Shown: in pieces, positions 39,748 to 47,424 of the stretch
Layout of the letters: each line of letters opens with the position of its first letter
Position numbering within the stretch: position 1 is the stretch's first letter
NCBI GenBank assembly: GCA_003135555.1
Contig: PLCF01000072.1
Span: forward strand, 19,470-83,469
DNA: 64,000 nucleotides
Source: Vulcanimicrobiota bacterium
GTDB taxonomy: Bacteria; Vulcanimicrobiota; Vulcanimicrobiia; Vulcanimicrobiales; Vulcanimicrobiaceae
Direction: 5' to 3'
The notes under the pieces: model-generated
Seen by the model: only the letters and a program-made list of their open reading frames with translations
Database searches by the model: none
What the model was told of the DNA's origin: nothing
Translations under genes and position numbers: made by a program

Positions 39748-41343
39748 CTACGGAAACGCATAGTACGTTCCGGTTAGCGCACGCCGTTCGCCAAGCGGGT
39801 ATCGGGGAAGCGGCTTTCCTTCGAACACCTGATGAAGGTCCGTCATTAAGGCCAGTGAATCTGCGAAATACCCGTGCCCCAAGAAATCGGTGTCGACGTT
39901 TGTCGCATCAATGACGTCCATACCGGGAACGAGCGTAATGACTTGCGCGTCGCCGAGCCGGAGGCCCCCGTTATATTTGTGTGACCACGCCAGCGCAGTA
40001 TCTCTCGCCGATGCATAGACGGTAATCCGCCTCGCGGTGCTGCGCATGTTCGTTGCGAGTTGCTCTGTAAAAATCTGTGCATCGATGTCCGGCGCTGCCA
40101 TCTCGATGTCATGGATCGCCTGGGTCTGTTTGCCAGCCGCCAAAAGCTTAAGCGAATACGCGAGCGCGGAATTACCCATACTATGCGCCACGATATGGAT
40201 ATTAGTCACGCCTGTTTTCGACGAGACGCCTACGATGACATCGCTCAAGTGCTTCGCGGTCCAGACCGCATTGACGTTGTCGACTGGATAACCCCACGTT
40301 GTCCCTTGAGACGGCCACGAGTAACAAATTGCCGGACCATCAAGCGTGAGATCATGGGCGAGTTGCCCAGTTCGAAGGAGCGCGTCCTCAAACGGAACGT
40401 TGAACCCGTGAATAAAGAGCAAGGCTTCTTTTGCCTTGCTCCGAAACGTCATGAGCTTAAGGGCCCGATAGAAACTGGAAGCAGATTCGACATGCGAGTC
40501 TAGGATAACCATGTCTCGCTTCGGGTCCGGTTGACGTAAGCGTATGTACAGAAACGTCGGCGGACTCTCGACATTTCCAAACTTGTGATCGTCAGGAATG
40601 CTCACCTCCGCTTCCCCAAACGTCAGAACGCTGCGAGCCGCACCAAACGATGCGATTGGACCGAGCACGCCGGTGGCGTCGCGCTCACGGTCCCGATCCG
40701 TAGCAAAATAGACGCGTAAAGTAGCGAATCCGCGCGTCCGGGGTCGCGCAGTCGGCGCCGGCGTCGCGCCGCGGTCGACCCCATAAACCGAGGAGCTACC
40801 GGAGAGCAGAGTTGCTATCGACTCGACGATCGTGTCCAGGTAATACAAAGTGCTGGCACGAGCATGCACTCGTTGAGCGTCGGCGCGGCAGGCATACCGC
40901 GCATTTCGATTTAATCGCAACCCGTAGCCGTCGGACTCACGCGCAACGTAGATCCCTGCTCCGTCGACCGTCGGAATAACCCAGACCATCGGATTTGCGT
41001 CGGTACAATTAGATTGCGCTGAAGCGCTCGACGCATTTCCCACGGGCTCGGGTCCCTGGCTCACCACGGGCGCGGCGAAATCCACGATGACGGCGACGCG
41101 GCTATGCGCACTCAGCGCCTCAGAGCGGCAGACATAGCGGGCGTCCCGATTCAACTGAAGACCGAAGCCTGCGGAACCTTTCTCCACATAGATGCCGGGG
41201 CCGTCGATCGCTGGAACTTGCCAGACGACAGTATCCGAGCCGGCACAGTTAGGCAGCGCACTGTCTTCTATCTTCGGTGCAGACGACGCAAGAATGGCCG
41301 GGGAAATCGCCACAAGCCACGCCAGCGCAAACAACTTCTTCAT
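39748..41343 (-). CDS. secreted alpha/beta hydrolase (DUF900 esterase/lipase-like) with a duplicated N-terminal Cys domain
   Basis: VYFATDR, FIHGFN, YSWPS.G, HIVAHSMG, AAPDID, YAS..D.AL and GH.YF. GC is about 50% in a sampled line (40381-40440). Confidence 0.88.
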   Translation of the reverse strand: MKKLFALAWLVAISPAILASSAPKIEDSALPNCAGSDTVVWQVPAIDGPGIYVEKGSAGFGLQLNRDARYVCRSEALSAHSRVAVIVDFAAPVVSQGPEPVGNASSASAQSNCTDANPMVWVIPTVDGAGIYVARESDGYGLRLNRNARYACRADAQRVHARASTLYYLDTIVESIATLLSGSSSVYGVDRGATPAPTARPRTRGFATLRVYFATDRDRERDATGVLGPIASFGAARSVLTFGEAEVSIPDDHKFGNVESPPTFLYIRLRQPDPKRDMVILDSHVESASSFYRALKLMTFRSKAKEALLFIHGFNVPFEDALLRTGQLAHDLTLDGPAICYSWPSQGTTWGYPVDNVNAVWTAKHLSDVIVGVSSKTGVTNIHIVAHSMGNSALAYSLKLLAAGKQTQAIHDIEMAAPDIDAQIFTEQLATNMRSTARRITVYASARDTALAWSHKYNGGLRLGDAQVITLVPGMDVIDATNVDTDFLGHGYFADSLALMTDLHQVFEGKPLPRYPLGERRALTGTYYAFP

Positions 41344-41390
41344 ACTGGCCCACCCCCGGAAGCTACCGCTTCCCCAGCCACCGGCCGATG

Positions 41391-41484
41391 AACGCGGCGA
41401 TTCTGGCCATTGACGCGGCTCGCCTGCCGCCGCCCCGCGGTCGTCGACCGGTTCGGCACCGACGCGCTGCGGGTCGTAGCTGCA
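41391..41484 (+). pseudogene. degenerate relic of the peptidase 5' end
   Basis: AAILAIDA + 22-nt insertion + VVDRFGTDALRVVAA aligns with [22 protein letters not shown] of the intact gene. Confidence 0.6.
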
Positions 41485-41624
41485 AGACTTAACGGACGCC
41501 CTCTGTTCGCCGCGCCCGCGAGGAGGTTCACGCCGATCGCTCGCAGCGCGCGAGACGTAGAGACCCGCTCGGCGTCCCCGTGCGGCTCAGCGCAAAAGCG
41601 GCCGTCACAGCGGCGACGCTCTGC

Positions 41625-41774
41625 GGACACATCCGACCGTTACGCTACACGCGATGCGCAACCGTCCCGCCGTCGATGCGAGCCTCGAAGCCGTCGCGGC
41701 GATCGATGCCGTTCTGGACCGCTTCGGCGTCGGCGCAATGCGCGTCGCGGCGAGCGCCGGCGTACGCTTCGTCC
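41625..41774 (+). repeat. copy 2 of the promoter plus 5' part of the HExxH peptidase gene
   Basis: Upstream GGACACATCCGACCGTTACGCTACACGCG plus 40 codons. 35/40 aa are identical to the intact gene. Confidence 0.92.
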
Positions 41775-42070
41775 TGTTGCTGAGACGCAACGACAAGGCA
41801 ATCCTAAAAGCCTATAAGGAATTCTGGGACAAGGTGTGGTGGAATCGCCACCAAAACTGGGTCTATCGCATTGAGTCTAAACAGCAGCCTCTAACGAGAG
41901 AGCAGATGCCGCTTTTCAAACGGGCGGCGAGCGCCGCACGACGGATCGAACGCACGTACGGTAAGAAGAATCTTGGATGGGACGACTTTGAATGGGGCCT
42001 CCTGAGCGGTCGAATGTCGGCGCTAGCCTGGGTAATGGGCGGCGAATGGGACGAGTCCCTGGACACTTGA
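41654..42070 (+). CDS. chimeric ORF: 40 aa of peptidase fused in frame to a foreign Trp-rich C-terminal domain
   Basis: Abrupt change of sequence and GC after 41774. The tail reads DKVWWNRH...[30 protein letters not shown]. Confidence 0.65.
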   Translation: MRNRPAVDASLEAVAAIDAVLDRFGVGAMRVAASAGVRFVLLLRRNDKAILKAYKEFWDKVWWNRHQNWVYRIESKQQPLTREQMPLFKRAASAARRIERTYGKKNLGWDDFEWGLLSGRMSALAWVMGGEWDESLDT

Positions 42071-42187
42071 GCCGCCGCATTCGGCTGTTTTTCTATCTTG
42101 TGAAGGTACCAATCACCAATTGGTCATGACGGGGGACAAAGAGCTAAGCTAAGACATCAGGTATCTGTATGGCGCACGCTGCAAGCG

Positions 42188-43543
42188 TCAAAGTCGGCCG
42201 ACGAGCCCGCTTAGCGCGGGGGTTCGCGAAAAGCGCCGATCACCAGGATCGGGCTCGACGATGCGGCGGGGTACTAAGTACGGCCGCGCCAGCTCCTCAA
42301 CTTCATATCCAAAGCGCCGGGTCAAGCCGTCAATGCTCGGCTGGTTGGGCCTACCGTATTGCCTGAAAAGGTTGCCCGCAACGTCCTCAAACTCAACGAT
42401 GACTTGTGCGATGACCCCCATGGGTTCGTAATGGCCTGACCGTTTACTTAGCGGCACGGTTCGAACATAGCGGCCGCCATTTGCCGCAATGGTCACGGGA
42501 GCTTCCAAGGTCGTAAGTCCAGGAAGGAAAGCACGGACCTTGCTTGCAGCTCCTGGGCCGACATTCTCGACTACTAAGTCGATCTCGATGTTTGTTGGCT
42601 CAATCCTGCGAGTGGCTGCGACGAGAATATTTAGGCGCGGACGAAATGCCATAAGCCGTACGTCGTCTTCGAGGGCGTCGTACGGCATTCCGAACGGGCG
42701 ATCGCGTTCGGCTAGGGCCTTTGCAAATGTCGCGGCTGCTTCGCTTGCGATATTAGCCTCTCGCGACGATGTCCCCGCGGAGCCTTCGGAACTCGGCATC
42801 GTCGGCGTCGCTGTCGACACCATCGCCGGCCTGAGGTGCCTCAGTAGTTGAGTCATAACTAGGTCGAGGTCGTCCGCCGGAAAATAGTTCAGCGTAGCAA
42901 GAAATGGGCTTAAGGATTGAAGCTTCTCACGCGGCACATCACACAGGAGCGGCAGTACAACGACCTTACGCTCTTCAATCTGACGCTTCAGCAATGCTTC
43001 AAGTTCGGCTCGTGGATAACTCTTCTCAAAGTACATCTGTGTCAGGATTAAGATCGCAAAGCGTGATTGCGTGAGCCCCTTTTGAATTGCCGAAAGCAGC
43101 GGCTCGCCCCACATAACGCGATCGCGGTCATACCAATAGGAAACCTTTTCCTCATCGAGCCTTTCGAGAAGCTTAGTCACGTAGCCACGGTCTTCGCCTG
43201 CGTACGAGACAAAGACATCGTATGGATAGTCCTCCTCGAACGAGCGGACTACGATCTCCTCGGCACCGCCGCTCGAACCGCGGCTCCGCTTTCGCGATCG
43301 AGCCATAATAGCCGCGCCACGTGTCGTCAGCGTAGCCATGCTTCCAGCTCTGATGCCGGCCGGATGGTGCTTTATATCCACTGCGCCCTCATCGGCTAGG
43401 ATATCGAGCTCATCAAGAACAGCATCCGGGGTGAACCCGAGCTCCCTCGCTATCACGGCCGCGTCGAAGTATCGTTCACTCCCGCCGTCGTTCATCAACT
43501 GCTGCAGCGCTTCTAGGACGGCCAGGCTATCATTATCCATCAT
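42188..43543 (-). CDS. TIR-domain protein with N-terminal winged-helix and an uncharacterised C-terminal domain (putative defence)
   Basis: YDVFVSYAGED, W.D....WG..L...I.KGL..SRFAI.ILT..Y and RAEL (catalytic Glu position). GC is about 47% in a sampled line (43021-43080). Confidence 0.88.
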   Translation of the reverse strand: MMDNDSLAVLEALQQLMNDGGSERYFDAAVIARELGFTPDAVLDELDILADEGAVDIKHHPAGIRAGSMATLTTRGAAIMARSRKRSRGSSGGAEEIVVRSFEEDYPYDVFVSYAGEDRGYVTKLLERLDEEKVSYWYDRDRVMWGEPLLSAIQKGLTQSRFAILILTQMYFEKSYPRAELEALLKRQIEERKVVVLPLLCDVPREKLQSLSPFLATLNYFPADDLDLVMTQLLRHLRPAMVSTATPTMPSSEGSAGTSSREANIASEAAATFAKALAERDRPFGMPYDALEDDVRLMAFRPRLNILVAATRRIEPTNIEIDLVVENVGPGAASKVRAFLPGLTTLEAPVTIAANGGRYVRTVPLSKRSGHYEPMGVIAQVIVEFEDVAGNLFRQYGRPNQPSIDGLTRRFGYEVEELARPYLVPRRIVEPDPGDRRFSRTPALSGLVGRL

Positions 43544-43717
43544 TTTCCGTTTCTATCGTCGAATACTTAGCGGCCCAATAACAGGCATATAAAGCCGACG
43601 TCGCCGTTGGACATAGTCTAGCAGAATGTTGGCAGTTTCCGCTGCATTTTACGAGACGGTCCTATTCAGGATCTCAGATGAGTCCGCGTCACGCTCGCTT
43701 TGAGCTCGACCTCGCTT

Positions 43718-43960
43718 GTTCCCAAACGTTCGCACGCAATGAGTAGGTCGCAGTCGCGAACGATATCGTCGTCTATTACCGACTGCAGACCGCTAAGACG
43801 GCCGCGGCAACCATATCGGTCTTCCAGCGTCGCGGTAGGATGACGGATGCCGTATTCGCAGTATACCTAGTGTTCCAATCTAAGATGCTGCGGGGCGCCA
43901 TGATTCGCTCGTCACTGCAATCGCTCGGTGATGCAATGAACACCTGATAGCAGGTACAGC
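43718..43960 (-). pseudogene. frameshifted DUF4062-like (TIR/NDT-fold) N-terminal fragment
   Basis: YQVFIASPSDCSDER..I.DWN...ILPRRWKTD, then in another frame LQSVIDDDIVRDCDLLI..RLGT. Confidence 0.65.
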
Positions 43961-44297
43961 CCTTATCGGCATTCAGCTGGACCGAGCGCCCGGAGGCCTC
44001 GGCCGAACTTTTCAACGACGCGGCACACGTAGGCGAAGGACCATCTTACGGCAACACATTGGTCACGATATCGTAGTCGCCGACGAACAATCCAACGAGC
44101 CCGTGATCATACTTGCAATGCATCCTCCCCTTCAGCACCGACCGGCGTGGACGCCGTCCGAACATCCCTCGAGATCTGCTCACACGGTCACCTTGCTCCT
44201 TAACTTGACCTCATAGCCATGGCTTTCCGCGCGACTGCCGCCGCTTGGAAACACCCCCGACCACGTGTGGCCACATGCCGCCGCTACGCTACGCGGG

Positions 44298-44852
44298 ATG
44301 CGCAATCGTCCCGCGGTCGAAGCGAGCCCCGAAGCGGCCGCGGCGATCGACGCCGTTCTGGATCGGTTCGGTCCCGGCGCGTTACGGGTCGCGGCGAGCG
44401 CCGGCGTACGCTTCGTCCACTTGCGCGGTAGCGAACGCTACCGCGATCGCTCGCGCGCGCTGCGCAGGCTCGCCAGCGGGGTCGACGACTGGCCGGTACC
44501 GCCGGCCGGGCTCTTCGTCGTCGAGGAGCGCGCCGTCTACCTGCGCTCGACCTCACCGATGACGGTCGCACACGAGTTCGCGCACGCGCTGGACTGCGCG
44601 CTGGGCGGGGGCGTCTACCTCAGCGGCGTCGATACGCGCGTGCGCCGCGCGTTCCGCAACGCGCGCGCCTTCATCACACCCTACGCGGCTTCGGGTCTGG
44701 ACGAGTATTTTGCCGAATCGCTCCGCGCCTGGGTCGAGGCCAACGACCCGCGCTCTCCGTGGCCGCGCGCAACGCGAGCGCGGCTGCGCGAGCTCGATCC
44801 CGCGATGGCGGAGATCCTCGAGAGCATCTTCGCCAACGACTTGATTGCGTGA
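44298..44852 (+). CDS. zinc metallopeptidase, anthrax lethal factor/Pro-Pro endopeptidase (ATLF)-like fold; intact copy
   Basis: HEFAHALD, TPYA and EYFAESLRAW. TACGCT -10-like box 7 nt before the ATG. Confidence 0.8.
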   Translation: MRNRPAVEASPEAAAAIDAVLDRFGPGALRVAASAGVRFVHLRGSERYRDRSRALRRLASGVDDWPVPPAGLFVVEERAVYLRSTSPMTVAHEFAHALDCALGGGVYLSGVDTRVRRAFRNARAFITPYAASGLDEYFAESLRAWVEANDPRSPWPRATRARLRELDPAMAEILESIFANDLIA

Positions 44853-44859
44853 TGCGCTC

Positions 44860-46410
44860 CTACTGCTGCGCCGCGATCATCAAGCTGAAATCGGACGTGA
44901 AATTCTTGTAGTAGCCTTGCATGAACAGGCTGTGGCAGTACATGCAGCTGTAGATTGAGCTCCGGGCGGTCGACGGCGGCACATACGTTTCCATGACGGA
45001 GTTGCCGAGTAGGAACGGTTGGACCACTCCCAGCTTCGCTGGGTTGGGAGAAGGTATCGGGCCGGACCCGCCGCTCCATTGTGTGCTGATCAACTGGTAG
45101 TACCACCACGGAGTGTTTTTTAGCATACCGCGAAACTGCGCGTTGAGCGTGACCGTCATGGGCGAGGGCGTGACGAAGGCCACCACCTGCGTCGGTGGAT
45201 TGTATTTGCCGCCCGGCCTGACCTCGATGTAGGGCGTCGGTGCCGTTTGCGTGTTGGGCGGACAGCTTGCCGGCGAGCACGCCGGGTTGTAGAACGATTT
45301 CGGGTTTGCGTCTTGGGGTCCGTCGGTATCGTTGTCGATCTGCTCGAACGTCGACCAGATCCAGCTCGACTGCCGGGCCGTCTTGTGGATGATGTGCAAC
45401 GCGACGAGCCCGACGGTTACGTTTTCGGGCGGCCCGGAGCCCGCCCCGTCGTTGTACACGATCGCGGACATCGTGAAGAAGTGCGAGAACGTGTCCTTCC
45501 CCGGCACGAGCACTTTCCACCCGGCTTTGAATTCCATGGCACCAACCGTCGCGCCGGGTGTTTTCGCCGTCGGAAACTTCAGGTTGCCCGTGGCTTGCTC
45601 GCCGGCAAACGTCCACAGCTTGTTGGTCATGATGTAGTGGTAGTCGTCGTAGTTCATGCTGACCGTGAAGCGCTCGAAGCGCCCGTGCTGGTCGACCACG
45701 GGCTGATCCGTTGCGTCGAGGATCACCTTGAGAACGGCCGGATCGATGGGACTGGGGCTGGCCGCCGTGAACCGGTTCGGCGTCCCGAGCGCAGCCTGCG
45801 CACGAAGCGCAGCCGCAAGGGCATGCCCCTTCGAGTCGTGATGCAAGTACAAGAGCTTGCCGTTGGGATGGCTCTTGAAGTACGTGCGCGCGAGCGCCTG
45901 CACGGGGGCCGGAAGGTGCGCAGTTTGCCCCTCTCGCATCGCGGCGCTCACCTGTGCGCCCGTGATGTGGCGAGTGCCGCCATGCGGCGCGTTGCCGCCG
46001 CACCAGGGCGCCGGCGTCGCGGGCGCCTTGATGAAGACGTCGTCGCTGTTCAGGTAGGTCAGCCAGGTTGGATTCGGCGGTGCGGTGAGAATGCTCAACG
46101 TCGGCGCGGGCGCGCACGTCGTCGCATCAACGGGCCAGTTCACGGCGAGGAAGGTCAGCCACGAGTAGACGTCGACCGGCGGCTGGGTGTCGCCGGTGCC
46201 GTTCATGTCGGTCGGAATCACGGCGCACGTCGCGTCGATCCGGTTCGGGACCGGCACGACGTTGCTGGGTTTCTCGGCATCCGCACACGTGACGACGGTG
46301 GGTGGCGGTGCGGCGGCATCGACTTTGCCGAACCCGAGGACGACCGCAGCCCCTCCGATCAACGCCAAGAACAACCCCGCGAGCACCCCTCGAAACGCCG
46401 GGTTCTGCAT
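44860..46410 (-). CDS. secreted protein with a single C-terminal CxxCH heme motif (uncharacterised cytochrome c family)
   Basis: Signal/TM N-terminus, SW.TFLAVNWP, E.KA.WK, GLVALHI.HKT...WIWSTFEQ.DN, L.NS.METY and SCMYCH. Confidence 0.75.
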   Translation of the reverse strand: MQNPAFRGVLAGLFLALIGGAAVVLGFGKVDAAAPPPTVVTCADAEKPSNVVPVPNRIDATCAVIPTDMNGTGDTQPPVDVYSWLTFLAVNWPVDATTCAPAPTLSILTAPPNPTWLTYLNSDDVFIKAPATPAPWCGGNAPHGGTRHITGAQVSAAMREGQTAHLPAPVQALARTYFKSHPNGKLLYLHHDSKGHALAAALRAQAALGTPNRFTAASPSPIDPAVLKVILDATDQPVVDQHGRFERFTVSMNYDDYHYIMTNKLWTFAGEQATGNLKFPTAKTPGATVGAMEFKAGWKVLVPGKDTFSHFFTMSAIVYNDGAGSGPPENVTVGLVALHIIHKTARQSSWIWSTFEQIDNDTDGPQDANPKSFYNPACSPASCPPNTQTAPTPYIEVRPGGKYNPPTQVVAFVTPSPMTVTLNAQFRGMLKNTPWWYYQLISTQWSGGSGPIPSPNPAKLGVVQPFLLGNSVMETYVPPSTARSSIYSCMYCHSLFMQGYYKNFTSDFSLMIAAQQ

Positions 46411-46588
46411 GATCTCCACCCTTCTCCAGACGACGAGCCGCGGCACGGCGGTCATGGGCATCCGCGGACGGCATGCTACAAGGTCGCACAGGGCTCTTAG
46501 CCAAGCGCATTTTCTGTGCTCCCCGCCCAATCCTTCGCCTTCGAATCCTCGATTCAACCTTCGCCAACGACCTCGTCGCTTGACGATA

Positions 46589-46644
46589 GTGGCCCACCCT
46601 TCGACGGGGCTCACGCGCAGCGTGACACCACGTCAGGGTGACAA
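46589..46644 (+). repeat. REP-like element, direct-repeat copy A
   Basis: GTGGCCCACCCTTCGACGGGGCTCACGCGCAGCGTGACACCACGTCAGGGTGACAA, nearly identical to 47363-47417. Confidence 0.9.
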
Positions 46645-46661
46645 GGACGACGACGGCGCGC

Positions 46662-47099
46662 TCAGGGGGACGGAAAGGCCTCGCGGTCGTCTTGGTCTAG
46701 CATATCGAACACGTTGACTTGTTCGCGCGGCAGCTTTGGGCGGTTGGGGTAGAGCGTGTCGACGAACTCCCAGCGTTCCGGTGGATTGTCGGCGAGGGTG
46801 TACTGCGAGAGCCGCTCGTTGATCGCGGCGTAGCGCGAGCCGTCGGAGTGCCCGTGCACCCACTGCACGACGTCGTCCTCGCACGCGGCACCCGCGACGA
46901 CCTCGAGCAGCTCATCTCGCGCAATGCTGAGCATTTCGAGTTGGAGGATCGTCAACCCGCGCACGCTCTGGTACTCGCCGCGGTTGCCGCCGGGGAGTTC
47001 CGCCCGCAACTTGTCGATGGTGCGCGCCAGCATCACGAGGCCGCCGATCGACACGTGCGGGCTGCGGGGCGCGGCGGCGGTTAGGTCGAGAGGTTCCAT
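46662..47099 (-). CDS. DUF5069-domain protein
   Basis: PRSP....GG...L.R.IDK.RA...G..GEY motif. Confidence 0.8.
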   Translation of the reverse strand: MEPLDLTAAAPRSPHVSIGGLVMLARTIDKLRAELPGGNRGEYQSVRGLTILQLEMLSIARDELLEVVAGAACEDDVVQWVHGHSDGSRYAAINERLSQYTLADNPPERWEFVDTLYPNRPKLPREQVNVFDMLDQDDREAFPSP

Positions 47100-47214
47100 C
47101 GCGGCAGCCTTTCGCGCAGCCTCGCGGGAAACGCTGCGCCCCGGCAGGCGAAGGCCCTCTTCGCCGGCGCTTTAGCGAGCAAGCACCATCCGGCTTCTGG
47201 GGGATGACAACGGC

Positions 47215-47346
47215 ATGGAACACCAGACGAAGGTCGTCGAGACCAAAGAGACCACGGTCGAAAAGCACGTCGTGCACGAGGACGTACCGAAGCCCGAGCC
47301 GCACCACGGCGAGACCGTCACGATCGAAACGCACACCGAGGGCTAA
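47215..47346 (+). CDS. small His/Glu/Thr-rich protein (43 aa, below the ORF-track cutoff)
   Basis: MEHQTKVVETKETTVEKHVVHEDVPKPEPHHGETVTIETHTEG*, with host-like G/C third positions. Confidence 0.6.
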   Translation: MEHQTKVVETKETTVEKHVVHEDVPKPEPHHGETVTIETHTEG

Positions 47347-47362
47347 CGCCCTCGGCGCGATC

Positions 47363-47417
47363 GTGGCTCACCCTTCGACGGGCTCACGCGCAGCGTGACA
47401 CCACGTCAGGGTGACAA
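47363..47417 (+). repeat. REP-like element, direct-repeat copy B
   Basis: Differs from copy A by one substitution and one G. Confidence 0.9.
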
Positions 47418-47424
47418 TGGCGGG

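Noticed and set aside
39158..44852. Prophage, IS, integron or diversity-generating retroelement explanation for the repeated gene starts
   Set aside because: No integrase, transposase, reverse transcriptase, terminal inverted repeats or attC-like sites were seen. Differences between copies are not adenine-specific and the breakpoints differ.
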